From positions 147,222 to 211,221 of the forward strand of contig CBDCGI010000022.1 of assembly GCA_965216725.1 (NCBI GenBank): 64,000 nucleotides of DNA, read 5' to 3'. Position numbers and translations under genes: made by a program. Source of the stretch: Acidimicrobiia bacterium (lineage in GTDB: Bacteria; Actinomycetota; Acidimicrobiia; Spongiisociales; ZC4RG35). How positions within the stretch are numbered: position 1 is the stretch's first letter; each line of letters starts with the position of its first letter. Under the pieces are notes generated by a model. The model was not told the origin of the DNA, did no database searches, and worked only from the letters and a program-made list of their open reading frames with translations. Positions 53,785-63,402 of the stretch are shown here, piece by piece.

Positions 53785-55296
53785 ATGAGCCCGGCCCAAT
53801 TGTCGATGGACCTCCCGAACGCCGCGAGAGGTGAGTCGGCTGTCGCTGTCAGCAGAGTCACCAAGGCGTTCCCAGGTGTCGTCGCGCTCGATGATGTGGA
53901 CCTCGCCGTTTCGTACGGTGAGGTCCACGCCATCGTGGGTCTCAACGGCGCCGGGAAATCGACGCTTGTCAATATCCTCGCCGGTTCCCTGGTGCCCGAC
54001 AGCGGGTCGGTCTGGGTTGGCGATGCAGCCGAGACCGCGGACTTGGCCGAGCATGTGGCGTTCGTACCTCAGGACGTAGTCATGGTTCCCTCAATGTCGA
54101 TAGGGCGGAATGCCATACTCGGTTCCGAGAGTTTCCTCTCCACCGCACAACTCAGTCCTACCGAGCAGGCCGCAGTGGCCAAGGGCTTCGCCCGAGTGGG
54201 TCTCGACTTGAATCCCGACTTCTTTCCAGCGGAATGCAGCGTCCCGGAGTTGCGGTTGGTTCAGATCGCCCGGGCACTGATGAGCGGCAAAAGAGTGCTA
54301 CTTCTAGACGAGCCCACGGCGGTCCTTGGCCACGGGGACTCGGATCGCCTAATTGAAACATTGCACGGACTTCGCGCCGAAGGAGAGGCCATTGTCTATG
54401 TCAGCCATCGGCTGGGAGAGGTCCTTCGCGTGGCTGATCGGATCACGGTGCTTCGTGACGGGAGGGTCGTCAGCACGGTTGAGGCCGAAGCTTGCACGAG
54501 GTCAGATCTTTTGGAAATGCTCTCTGGGGCCAATGTCGAAAAAGCGGGAGCTGTGCCTTCGATCGTTTCTGATGAGTTGCCATTTCTGCGAGTCGAAGGC
54601 TTGACCGCTGCAGTGTTCGAAGACGTGAATCTGGAGGCACGGCCAGGGGAGGTTGTCGCTCTGGTGGGCGTTCCTGGTGGGGGACAGAGTCAAGTGGTTC
54701 AAGCGCTGTCCGGTTTGGCGACGCCAGTGGCCGGTCAAGTCTTTGTGGGCGAGAAATCGGTAACGCTTGGGAGCGTCTCAGATAGCTACCGGGCCGGCCT
54801 GGTTCTTGTTCCAGCGGATCGTCGCACTTCGGGCGTGGTCACGTCGGCGAGCGTTGCCGAGAACATCGTCTTGTCGCCGGGTTCTCGTTCACATCTGGGG
54901 GGAATGCGATTGAAACGGCTCGAGAACATGATCGTCGACAGTTACCAGGAGGCTTTTGGGTTGGTCATGAGGTCGCGTCGGGCTGCCGTCGCAACGTTGT
55001 CGGGAGGGAATCAACAGAAGGTTGCTCTAGCTAAGGCCCTGGAATCTAAACCGAGGGTGTTGTTGCTTGATGAGCCGACCCAAGGCATAGACGTTGCCAG
55101 CAAAGGTCGAATCCTCGAGGACATCAAAGTAGAGGCGCGGACATCGGGAAGAGCCATCTTGTCCGCGACCTCTGAGTTGGAGGAGGTCGTCGGCTGGGCG
55201 GACAGGGTCTACGTGTTCAGGCTGGGCTCAATCCAAGCAGAGCTTTCCGGCGAGAACATATCTGAGGATGCCCTGATTGAGTTTGCGGTTCCGTAA
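53785..55296 (+). CDS. Sugar-type ABC transporter ATPase with duplicated ABC domains (RbsA-like)
   Basis: 503 aa. Walker A motifs are GLNGAGKST and GVPGGGQS, the signature is LSGGNQQK, and Walker B motifs are LLLDEPT (twice). Confidence 0.9.
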   Translation: MSPAQLSMDLPNAARGESAVAVSRVTKAFPGVVALDDVDLAVSYGEVHAIVGLNGAGKSTLVNILAGSLVPDSGSVWVGDAAETADLAEHVAFVPQDVVMVPSMSIGRNAILGSESFLSTAQLSPTEQAAVAKGFARVGLDLNPDFFPAECSVPELRLVQIARALMSGKRVLLLDEPTAVLGHGDSDRLIETLHGLRAEGEAIVYVSHRLGEVLRVADRITVLRDGRVVSTVEAEACTRSDLLEMLSGANVEKAGAVPSIVSDELPFLRVEGLTAAVFEDVNLEARPGEVVALVGVPGGGQSQVVQALSGLATPVAGQVFVGEKSVTLGSVSDSYRAGLVLVPADRRTSGVVTSASVAENIVLSPGSRSHLGGMRLKRLENMIVDSYQEAFGLVMRSRRAAVATLSGGNQQKVALAKALESKPRVLLLDEPTQGIDVASKGRILEDIKVEARTSGRAILSATSELEEVVGWADRVYVFRLGSIQAELSGENISEDALIEFAVP

Positions 55297-55324
55297 ACGG
55301 AGCACGAGGAGGCAGGAGTGAAAG

Positions 55325-57097
55325 ATGACTGAGGCACTTGAACGCAAGACAGCCGCCAATGTCGCAATTGGAGATGTTCCTGCCGAGATGGTTCTTCGAG
55401 GTGGGCGAGTTGTGGAGGTCCACACTGGCCGCATGGAGGAGGGAGATATCGCAATAGCGGGCCGGCGGATCGCTGCTGTTGGGGACGTAGATCATTGTGT
55501 AGGAGCAGAGACTGAGGTAGTCGACTGTGCCGGTCTGACGCTTGTCCCCGGGCTGATCGATCCTCATATCCACGTTGGGGGATCCCAACTCTCCATTGAG
55601 CGACTGGCTGAGGTGATGGTGCCGGCAGGCACCGCAGCGATCTGCACAGACTTCTATGAACCCGCCACCGTTGTCGGCATCGCTGCCGTTACCGAGAATG
55701 TGAAGCGTTCCGAGGGGACCGGGCTCTACGTCCTGCTTTCACCATTCCATGCGACCGCCCTTGGGATTGGAGAGTTCGGCAATCTCGGACGATTCTCACT
55801 GGACGACCTGATGGAATTGGCGCGTCACGAGCGTGCCATCGCAATTCGCGAGTGGAACTTCGGTGCAAGCCGGATCCCGATCGAGAAGATCGATGATTTC
55901 TACGAGATCGCCGTGGAGCGAGGGTTGGCGATCGAAGGTCATCTCGAAGGCTTATCCGGACGTGATCTGCAGGCATCCGTGGCGCTTGGAGTCATGAGCG
56001 ACCACGAAACGGTGGCTGCAGAGGATGCGGCGGCAATAGCGAAACTGGGTGTGACGGTTCAGCTGCGGGAGGGCTCGGGAGCTAAGGACCTGTCGAATGT
56101 GATACCTGTGATAACCGAAACCGGATATGACACCAGGAGTTTCAGCCTGGCTACCGATGAGCAGGAGCTTCATTCCCTCGCCCGAGACGGCTACATGGAC
56201 CACAAGGTCCGCATGGCTATTGATCACGGGGTCGATCCGATAGACGCAGTGAGGATGGGGTCCTTGACCGCTGCCGCCTCCCTGGGTGTTCAAAGGGATT
56301 TCGGTTCCATAGTCCCCGGAAAGGTCGCTTCAATCGCCGCGGTCGATGACGTCGCGGCCTTCAACGTTCGCCTTATGGTCAGCGAAGGCGTGCTGTCAGC
56401 GCGAGAAGGGGAGTACCTAATAGACGCTGCACCCGAACGTTATCCAGACGACTGGTACAAAACCGTCCGAGTAGGCAAGGAGCTCACAGCCGCCGACTTC
56501 AGGTTCGACCGGGGCCTGACCACCGCCGAAGTACGGGTGATAGGCATCACCCCGGGCAGTCTCGTCACGGACGAGTTGGTGGAAACGGTCGAGTTTGAGG
56601 CCGGGACCGCAAAGGCTCCGGACCTGGCCACGATCGCGGTCTTCGATCGACACGAAGCCACAGGATCTCGAGGGCTCGGGTTGGTGCGAGGGTTCGACTT
56701 CGAGTCTGGGGCTGTGGCAACCACCATCAACCCAGGAATGATGAACCTGCTGGTGATTGGAGTTGATGCCAATTCGATGGCCGCCGCGGCCAACCGAGTC
56801 GTCGACATGCAGGGCGGAATAGCGGTAGCCAAAGAGGGCCAACTCATCGCAGAAGTTGCGACACCATTGTTCGGAATTGTGTCTGACGAACCCTCCAAGG
56901 AGGTGATCGAGGCAGCAACCGATGTGGCGGACGCGATCCGGGACGAGCTCGGGGTCACCTACGACGGCCTCATCACCTCAGTTGGGTTCGCCGCCCTGGC
57001 AGTAATCATCCCCAGCCTCAAGATCTGCGATCGCGGCCTGGTCCGTGTGTACCGGGATCACCAGGAGGCGGTGAGTTTCGTGGTGCGTGAGGTATGA
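55325..57097 (+). CDS. ade: Adenine deaminase-family amidohydrolase
   Basis: 590 aa, the length of Ade. It starts with a small beta-sandwich domain (MVLRGGRVVEVHTGRMEEGDIAIAGRRIAAVGD) followed by PGLIDPHIHVGGS (HxH). The substrate cannot be fixed from sequence. Confidence 0.75.
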   Translation: MTEALERKTAANVAIGDVPAEMVLRGGRVVEVHTGRMEEGDIAIAGRRIAAVGDVDHCVGAETEVVDCAGLTLVPGLIDPHIHVGGSQLSIERLAEVMVPAGTAAICTDFYEPATVVGIAAVTENVKRSEGTGLYVLLSPFHATALGIGEFGNLGRFSLDDLMELARHERAIAIREWNFGASRIPIEKIDDFYEIAVERGLAIEGHLEGLSGRDLQASVALGVMSDHETVAAEDAAAIAKLGVTVQLREGSGAKDLSNVIPVITETGYDTRSFSLATDEQELHSLARDGYMDHKVRMAIDHGVDPIDAVRMGSLTAAASLGVQRDFGSIVPGKVASIAAVDDVAAFNVRLMVSEGVLSAREGEYLIDAAPERYPDDWYKTVRVGKELTAADFRFDRGLTTAEVRVIGITPGSLVTDELVETVEFEAGTAKAPDLATIAVFDRHEATGSRGLGLVRGFDFESGAVATTINPGMMNLLVIGVDANSMAAAANRVVDMQGGIAVAKEGQLIAEVATPLFGIVSDEPSKEVIEAATDVADAIRDELGVTYDGLITSVGFAALAVIIPSLKICDRGLVRVYRDHQEAVSFVVREV

Positions 57098-57145
57098 GGC
57101 TCGGCAACTGGCGAATCCAGGTCAGAGTGCTCCGGGGGCCTAGCA

Positions 57146-58093
57146 ATGAGGTGCGACATGGCTGACAACAGACTCGACCACAAGATGGGGTGGATAGGCA
57201 CCGGGCGAATGGGATTCGAGTTGGCCAAACGCCTGCTTGCCTGCGGGGTAGACCTGTCGGTGTACAACAGGACACGGGCCAAGGCCGAACCACTCGTCGA
57301 CTTCGGGGCCAAGATCGTCGACCGACCCGCAGACTTGGCAGACCGCGACATTGTCGCGGTCATGGTCGGCGGGCCCGCCGACGTCCTCGATGTCACATTC
57401 GGGTCGGAAGGGGTCTTGGCCGACATCGAGCGCACGCCGGGAATACTCATCGACTCGACGACGATCGACCCAGGCACCTCCACAACGCTTCGTGAAGAGG
57501 CACAAAAGGTGGGTACCTCGGTTCTCGCGGTGCCGGTCTCGGGGAACCCAGAAGTCGTGAAGTCGGGAAACCTAACTGCCGTCGCATCAGGGCCAGCCGC
57601 AGCGTTCGAGACTTGTCGTCCTTACCTTGAGTGTTTCGGTAGAAAAGTGACCTACGTCGGTGCTGGCGACGAGGCGCGGCTGGTGAAGCTATGTCACAAC
57701 CTGTTGCTCGGTGTGGTCACGCAATCGATGGCCGAGGTCACGTTGCTTGCAGAATCGGCAGGGATCGCTCGATCTGACTTCCTCGAGTTCATCAACGACA
57801 GCGTCATGGGCTCGACGTTCACCCGTTACAAGACGCCAGCATTGGTCAACCTCGACTACACACCCACGTTCACGTGGCACTTGCTCAAGAAGGACTTCGA
57901 TCTCGGCGTGGCCGCGGGGGATGAGCTGGGAGTGCCTCTCCCCGTTGCACATCTGGTTCGACAAATTATCGTCGATGGCATAGGCCGCGGGTTTGGCGAT
58001 GAAGACTTTGCCTCTCTGCTCTCGCGACTCGCAGACGGTGCCGGAATGAAGATCGAGCCCGAGAACAAGCAGGTGTCGACGGGCCTCGACTGA
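57146..58093 (+). CDS. NAD(P)-dependent 3-hydroxyisobutyrate / 6-phosphogluconate dehydrogenase-like oxidoreductase
   Basis: The Rossmann motif is GWIGTGRMGFELAKRL. The start is uncertain (ATG 57146, 57158 or 57185). Confidence 0.85.
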   Translation: MRCDMADNRLDHKMGWIGTGRMGFELAKRLLACGVDLSVYNRTRAKAEPLVDFGAKIVDRPADLADRDIVAVMVGGPADVLDVTFGSEGVLADIERTPGILIDSTTIDPGTSTTLREEAQKVGTSVLAVPVSGNPEVVKSGNLTAVASGPAAAFETCRPYLECFGRKVTYVGAGDEARLVKLCHNLLLGVVTQSMAEVTLLAESAGIARSDFLEFINDSVMGSTFTRYKTPALVNLDYTPTFTWHLLKKDFDLGVAAGDELGVPLPVAHLVRQIIVDGIGRGFGDEDFASLLSRLADGAGMKIEPENKQVSTGLD

Positions 58094-58123
58094 CGGGCCT
58101 CAAGGTCAATCGATGAGGCGGAC

Positions 58124-58657
58124 TTATTCCGCAAGTATCTGGCCGTGGGCTATGTCCAAGGTTTTGATCCACCGCTGTTGCCCGCTGGTCAGCGCGATGA
58201 AGAACCCGAGCTCCACGATCTCGGGTGAGGTGAAATGCTGGCGGAGAGCTTTCCAGGTATCGGTGGTGGCCAAGTTCGCATCCCAGACGATTGCGTCGGT
58301 GTAGGCAAGAGCTGCTTTCTCTCGTTCGCTGAAAGTGGGGGAGTCCTTGTAGTGCAAGACTTCGTCGTAGATCGTCTCGTCAGTGGAGGCGTCCGGTGAT
58401 CGTTGCGCCTCGCAGTACCCACAATCAAGAGTCTTGGATACATAGACGCGGCACAACTCCTTCAGGTCATGATCTAGGACTCCTCTGATGAACGTCTGCT
58501 CCCACGCCGCGGTGAATGTCTTGATTACTGCCGGTACCCACGCTCGGATGGCCTGGCTCTCGGGTCGGGGAGTGCCCCTCGATTTGGCCGTGGCAAGGAT
58601 CGAGTTGATTTCCTCGTCTTGTATCAAATCCAGGTTCGGGTAATTGATGTTGGGCAT
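58124..58657 (-). CDS. Carboxymuconolactone decarboxylase / AhpD-like family protein
   Basis: It has CGYCEAQ (CxxC) in a helical protein. The start is taken at MPNINYPN (58657) because GGAGGAGG lies just upstream. The track start is at 58699. Confidence 0.68.
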   Translation of the reverse strand: MPNINYPNLDLIQDEEINSILATAKSRGTPRPESQAIRAWVPAVIKTFTAAWEQTFIRGVLDHDLKELCRVYVSKTLDCGYCEAQRSPDASTDETIYDEVLHYKDSPTFSEREKAALAYTDAIVWDANLATTDTWKALRQHFTSPEIVELGFFIALTSGQQRWIKTLDIAHGQILAE

Positions 58658-58724
58658 TTCCCCTCCTCCTGAGAGAACCGAGATCGTCACTCTCCGCATT
58701 TCTTGGCTTGGAGAGATCGGACTC

Positions 58725-58738
58725 TACAATCGTTTGCA
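58725..58738. promoter_or_regulatory. LacI-type operator, site D
   Basis: TACAATCGTTTGCA matches the palindrome at 12 of 14 positions. It sits in the divergent intergenic region, 21 nt upstream of ATG 58759. Confidence 0.42.
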
Positions 58739-58758
58739 GAGCGTCGTGAGGTCAACAA

Positions 58759-60021
58759 ATGACAGGACAGGATGAGTTCCCGGTCGCCACAACCCCGTCA
58801 CCGGGAATCATGGCCGTTGATTGGGAGGACAGGGTCGATTTCGAACGACTCCGCGCCTATCGCCTCTCGAGAGTGAGGGAGCAAATGGAGAAGGAGGGTC
58901 TGGGGGCTCTCTTGTTGTTCGAAACCTCGAATATCCGCTATGTCACTTCCACCAATATCGGCTACTGGGGGTTCAACAAGACCGAGCGTTATGCGCTCGT
59001 CACCGCTTCGAGCGGTCCCTACATCTGGGATTTTGGCTCAGCAGCCAAAGCCCACCGTCTCCAACTCCCAACGATCTACGACGAGACGAACTCCAAAGCG
59101 GGCAATCTCGGTTTGCAGGGGGCGATACCGCCAAACTCCGGATTGCCAGAGCAGGCGGTGGCAGAGATCAAAGGAGTGCTCTCCGAACAAGGACTCGATG
59201 AGGAGCCGATCGGAGTAGACGTCGCCGAGACGAGCTTCATGCTCGAGTTGCAGGGTGCATCGCTGGCAGTTGCGGATGGACAACAGGCGATGATGAAGGC
59301 AAGGGAGATCAAGAACGTTGATGAGATTGTGCTGCTCACCCAGGCGTGCGCCATGGTCGACGGCGTATATCACGCCATATTCGAGTATCTGAAGCCTGGT
59401 GTCCGCGAATCCGATGTGGTGGCGTTGGCTCACGCCCGCCTTTTTGAGATGGGCTCGGAGTTCGTCGAAGCGGTCAACTCAATCGCTGGGGAACGATGTA
59501 GCCCGCATCCCCATGTGTTCTCGGACCGTCTCATCAGGCCCGGTGATCAGGCGTACTTCGACATCATCCACGTCTTCAACGGATACCGAACATGCTACTA
59601 CAGGACGTTGGGAGTGGGTCGTGCGACACAAGCCCAGAGGGATGCCTTCAAACAGACGAGGGAGTGGATGGACGCGGCCATCGAGCTAGTCAGGCCCGGA
59701 GTCTCGACGGATGAGATCGCCAATGTGTGGCCCGAGGCTCAGGAGTTTGGGTTCGAGGACGAGATGGACGCATTCGGCCTTCAATTTGGCCACGGCGTGG
59801 GGGTCGGTCTGCATGAGCGGCCGATTATCAGCCGACTCAACTCGTTCAAAGATCCAGTTGAGATCCAGGTCGGCATGGTGTTCGCTTTGGAGACGTACGC
59901 TCCCGCGGCAGACGGACGATCGGCGGCTCGAATCGAGGAGGAGATTGTGGTGACTCCGGATGGGCCAGAGATCATCACCCTGTTTCCTTGTGAGGATCTA
60001 ATGGTGGCGAATGAGTACTAG
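58759..60021 (+). CDS. M24-family (creatinase/prolidase-fold) hydrolase
   Basis: 420 aa. It has a creatinase-N-like domain followed by the pita-bread fold: GDQAYFDIIHVFNGYRTCYYRT, GHGVGVGLHE, FALETY and RIEEEIVVT. Confidence 0.85.
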   Translation: MTGQDEFPVATTPSPGIMAVDWEDRVDFERLRAYRLSRVREQMEKEGLGALLLFETSNIRYVTSTNIGYWGFNKTERYALVTASSGPYIWDFGSAAKAHRLQLPTIYDETNSKAGNLGLQGAIPPNSGLPEQAVAEIKGVLSEQGLDEEPIGVDVAETSFMLELQGASLAVADGQQAMMKAREIKNVDEIVLLTQACAMVDGVYHAIFEYLKPGVRESDVVALAHARLFEMGSEFVEAVNSIAGERCSPHPHVFSDRLIRPGDQAYFDIIHVFNGYRTCYYRTLGVGRATQAQRDAFKQTREWMDAAIELVRPGVSTDEIANVWPEAQEFGFEDEMDAFGLQFGHGVGVGLHERPIISRLNSFKDPVEIQVGMVFALETYAPAADGRSAARIEEEIVVTPDGPEIITLFPCEDLMVANEY

Positions 60022-61078
60022 GAGCTTCGATCCCGAGCTACTCGACTATTCCACTCGGGCACCGAGGCTGCCGGACCCGACCAGTGATGTTGACATCCAG
60101 CTCACCAGAGCTGAGCGCCTGACCATGTACCAGCTGCTGCAAGAGCTGCGCCAGTTTGAGAAGCGGGCGTACGACTTGTTTCTCCAGAACCTCGTTAAGG
60201 GAACCTCCCACCTGTCCCTGGGCATGGAAGCTATTGCGGCAGGTTTCGGGCTGGCCTTGAATCCCGACGACTACACCTTTGCTACCTATCGGGGTCACGC
60301 TCACACCCTGGCTCGTGGGGCGCCGATGGGACCGGTCCTCGCTGAGCTATTGGGGCGGGAGAACGGGATATTGGGTGGCAAAGGCGGTTCGATGCACCTG
60401 ACCGATGTGAGCCGAGGAATGATGGGCTCATACGCCATCATCGGAGCACATCTTTGCATCGCCAACGGCGCTGCTTGGTCATCGCTGATCCGCGAATCGG
60501 GTCAGGTGACCGTGGCCTTTTTTGGTGATGGCACTACGAACATCGGCGCTTTCCATGAAGCGTTGAATCTTGCGGCGATCTGGGAACTGCCGGTGGTCTT
60601 TGTGTGCGAGAACAACCTCTACATGGAGTACACGCCGATCGATCTCGTCACCGCCGTCGAACACCCGGCCGCAGATCGAGCTGGGTCTTACGGATTGGAC
60701 CGCATCGTGGTCGACGGGAATGACGCTGACGCTGTACTTGCGGTCGCGCAAAAAGTGATAGCCAGGGCTCGGGACGGGGATGGTCCCTCTCTTGTAGAGG
60801 CTGTTACCTACCGCCACGGTGGTCACAGTCGTGCCGACCCGGGCAAATACCGACCGCCCGAAGAGGTCGAGGCATGGCTCAGCTACGACCCGGTAACCGT
60901 TTATCACCAGAGGTTGCTCCAGCTGGGTTTCGAAGAGAGGGAACTCGCTCAGGTATCCCAGCAGGTGGCATCTCGTGTGGAGCAGGCGACGGATTACGCC
61001 AAGAACGGGGGTGCGCCGGAGCTGTCGGAGGCTCTAACGGAGGTGTGGGCTGATGGGGGATCCGAATGGCGGAATTGA
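60011..61078 (+). CDS. Thiamine-diphosphate-dependent 2-oxoacid/acetoin dehydrogenase E1 alpha subunit
   Basis: It has YRGHAHTLARG and the TPP motif GDGTTNIGAFHEALNLAAIWELPVVFVCENNLY (GDG...NN). Confidence 0.9.
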   Translation: MSTRSFDPELLDYSTRAPRLPDPTSDVDIQLTRAERLTMYQLLQELRQFEKRAYDLFLQNLVKGTSHLSLGMEAIAAGFGLALNPDDYTFATYRGHAHTLARGAPMGPVLAELLGRENGILGGKGGSMHLTDVSRGMMGSYAIIGAHLCIANGAAWSSLIRESGQVTVAFFGDGTTNIGAFHEALNLAAIWELPVVFVCENNLYMEYTPIDLVTAVEHPAADRAGSYGLDRIVVDGNDADAVLAVAQKVIARARDGDGPSLVEAVTYRHGGHSRADPGKYRPPEEVEAWLSYDPVTVYHQRLLQLGFEERELAQVSQQVASRVEQATDYAKNGGAPELSEALTEVWADGGSEWRN

Positions 61079-62049
61079 GCTACCGCGAGGCCGTGGCGCG
61101 GGGAATAGCCCAAGAGATGAGACGGGACCCACGACTGGTCATGCTAGGTGAGGACATCGCCGGGGCTGGCGGCGTCTTCAAGACAACTGGCGGGCTCTTA
61201 GAGGAATTCGGTCCTGAACGTGTCAGGGATACGCCCATCTCTGAGCAGGCGATTCTGGGAGCCGCGATGGGCGCCGCCATTACCGGCGTCCCCGCCATCG
61301 CTGAGATCATGTTCTCAGACTTCTTGGCTGTTGGTTTCGACATCCTCGCCAACGAAATGGCCAAAGCCCGCTATATGACCGGCGGGCAGATGCACGTGCC
61401 TGTGGTGGTCAGAACGGCTAACGGCGCGGGATCTCGATTTGGCGCTCAACACTCCCAATCGGTGGAGAACTGGTGCATGATGATTCCGGGATTGAAAGTT
61501 GTGGCGCCATCCAATTCCCGGGATGTAGTCGGCCTGATGGCTGCAGCCGTGCGGGACGACGATCCCGTGGTGTTCTTCGAGCACAAATCTCTGCTCGCCA
61601 CCAAGTCATTGGTGCCTGAGGGTGAGATTGTTGATGAGCTGGGCCAGGCAGCAATAGTCAGGTCGGGTTCCGATTGCACGATTGTGGCCCTGGCGCTCAT
61701 GGTTCCGCGTGCGCTTGCAGCGGCCGAGTTGTTGGCCGAGTCGGGTGTGGATGCCGAGGTGATCGACTTAAGGAGCCTGGTGCCGCTCGACACGGAGACA
61801 ATCCTTCAGTCGGTGGCTCGAACCTCGCGGCTGATCACGGTCGAGGAGAATCCAAGGCTCTGTGGCTGGGGAGCAGAGGTCAGTTCTATCGTGACTGAGG
61901 AAGCGTTTTGGGATCTCGACGGACCGACGGTTCGCATCACCACGCCTCATGTGCCGATTCCGTCAGCTGAGAACCTAGAGGATGCGACTATTCCATCGGT
62001 TGGGCGGATCCAGAGAGAAGTCCTGGCCGCAGTCTCTTCGACCAGCTAG
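61066..62049 (+). CDS. E1 beta subunit (transketolase-like Pyr and C-terminal domains)
   Basis: 327 aa. It contains MAELSYREAV..., RVRDTPISEQAILGAAMGAA, and PVVFFEHKSL. It overlaps the alpha gene by 13 nt. Confidence 0.9.
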   Translation: MAELSYREAVARGIAQEMRRDPRLVMLGEDIAGAGGVFKTTGGLLEEFGPERVRDTPISEQAILGAAMGAAITGVPAIAEIMFSDFLAVGFDILANEMAKARYMTGGQMHVPVVVRTANGAGSRFGAQHSQSVENWCMMIPGLKVVAPSNSRDVVGLMAAAVRDDDPVVFFEHKSLLATKSLVPEGEIVDELGQAAIVRSGSDCTIVALALMVPRALAAAELLAESGVDAEVIDLRSLVPLDTETILQSVARTSRLITVEENPRLCGWGAEVSSIVTEEAFWDLDGPTVRITTPHVPIPSAENLEDATIPSVGRIQREVLAAVSSTS

Positions 62050-62786
62050 ATGGCTTCCCACAGAAGTCGGAGTGTTGAGAGCGCCAGCACTACCAGAACG
62101 GCGAAACGAAAAGCCTGCTGAGGGAGACGCTCACCCACTTTCGACCCGAACGGAATCACACCCAGTGTGGGAATCGTCGCCGCCAAGCCACTGATGAGCC
62201 TTTCTCCTGTGAGCACGCCGAGGACCGAATAGGACGCGATCTGGACGATTCCGAATATCAGAAACGGTAGAGAGATCGCAAAAACGAATGCGGCGCGCTT
62301 GAAGCCCATGGCGTGGAAGTAAGTGGCGACGACGGGCGCGGCTATTCCGGTGGAGCCGGCGAGGACTCCTCCTGCCAATCCGACAGGAGACGCCAGCAGA
62401 CGTGCTTGCTTCCCAGTCAACCTGATCTCTGGGCGTACAACCTGGACCAAGAGGTAGGTGAGAATGAGCAAGGCCAATACGATCGCGAGAACCCTGTCGC
62501 TCGTTCGAGTGAGGGCCAACGCGCCTAAGGCGGCTCCGACAACACTTGCGACAACCAAAGGCCTCACGTAATTGAGCGTCTGCTCGGCCGAGTCCCGTGT
62601 GGTCCAAAGGAGCCAAGCGTTGGCCGCAAGGGTTGGGATCGCGACCACGACCACTGCCTCCTCAACGCCGGTGAATCCAGCAAGTACCGGAACAGCCACA
62701 AGTGGCCCGCCGATACCAGTCACGCCCTTTGCGAAGAAGCCGATCGCCAGCGAGATCATTACCAGGACAAGTTCGCCAGCGTTCAT
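62046..62786 (-). CDS. TauE/SafE (DUF81) family anion exporter, second copy in the window
   Basis: 246 aa. It contains GFFAKGVTGIGGPLVAVPVL. Its stop codon overlaps the E1 beta stop within CTAG at 62046..62049. Confidence 0.8.
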   Translation of the reverse strand: MNAGELVLVMISLAIGFFAKGVTGIGGPLVAVPVLAGFTGVEEAVVVVAIPTLAANAWLLWTTRDSAEQTLNYVRPLVVASVVGAALGALALTRTSDRVLAIVLALLILTYLLVQVVRPEIRLTGKQARLLASPVGLAGGVLAGSTGIAAPVVATYFHAMGFKRAAFVFAISLPFLIFGIVQIASYSVLGVLTGERLISGLAATIPTLGVIPFGSKVGERLPQQAFRFAVLVVLALSTLRLLWEAI

Positions 62787-62894
62787 CAGAAAACCGAGTC
62801 CTTGAGTGGGAAAGTCTTGATGGCGCGGGCACCGTCGAGCTGATTGCTCACGCTCACTTGGGGTCTGGTGCTGAACAGCCCTCAGATCTGTCCA

Positions 62895-63326
62895 CTAGAC
62901 GACTGCAACTGCCTTGAGCTCTAGAACGAGACGCGGGTCAGTCGCCAGCCGAACGACCTCAACAGTGGTGGTGGCTGGCCTGTGGGAGCCGAAATAGTTG
63001 CCTAGCACTCGGTTAATCGCGTCTTGATTGGCCTCCAAGTCAACGATGTAGCGGGTGGCTTCGACGATGCTGTCCAGGTCGCCGCCAGCCGCCTTGACCA
63101 CAGCTAGGAGATTCGCAATGCACGCCTCGGCTTGACGCGCAGGATCCTCAGGGATTGCGTCGAACTCTTCCTTGACGTGCGGATGAGAGTGATAGATAGG
63201 GGCGGCTGTCACTCCGGAAAGGTAAACGACCGAGCCTTTTGTCACCTGGATGCCCGGTGTATAGGGCATGTTGAAGCGGGGGTCGTTGTCACCAGTGTGG
63301 ACATATTGGTAATGCTGCGTGCTCAT
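62895..63326 (-). CDS. RidA/YjgF/Endoribonuclease L-PSP family protein
   Basis: 143 aa. It contains VYLSGVTA..., ATRYIVD... and HRPATTTVEVVRLA....LELKAVAV. Confidence 0.85.
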   Translation of the reverse strand: MSTQHYQYVHTGDNDPRFNMPYTPGIQVTKGSVVYLSGVTAAPIYHSHPHVKEEFDAIPEDPARQAEACIANLLAVVKAAGGDLDSIVEATRYIVDLEANQDAINRVLGNYFGSHRPATTTVEVVRLATDPRLVLELKAVAVV

Positions 63327-63402
63327 AGGTGGTCCTCCAAGGCTCGAGAAGTGCCCTCTTCCTCTGCGTCATTGCGCTGAGATTCCATGATCTGCCTACA
63401 TC

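Noticed and set aside
58759-60021. Calling the M24 enzyme a DMSP lyase (DddP), ectoine hydrolase or creatinase specifically
   Set aside because: I cannot verify subfamily-specific residues from memory. Only the M24 fold and the Asp-to-Cys ligand change are supported.
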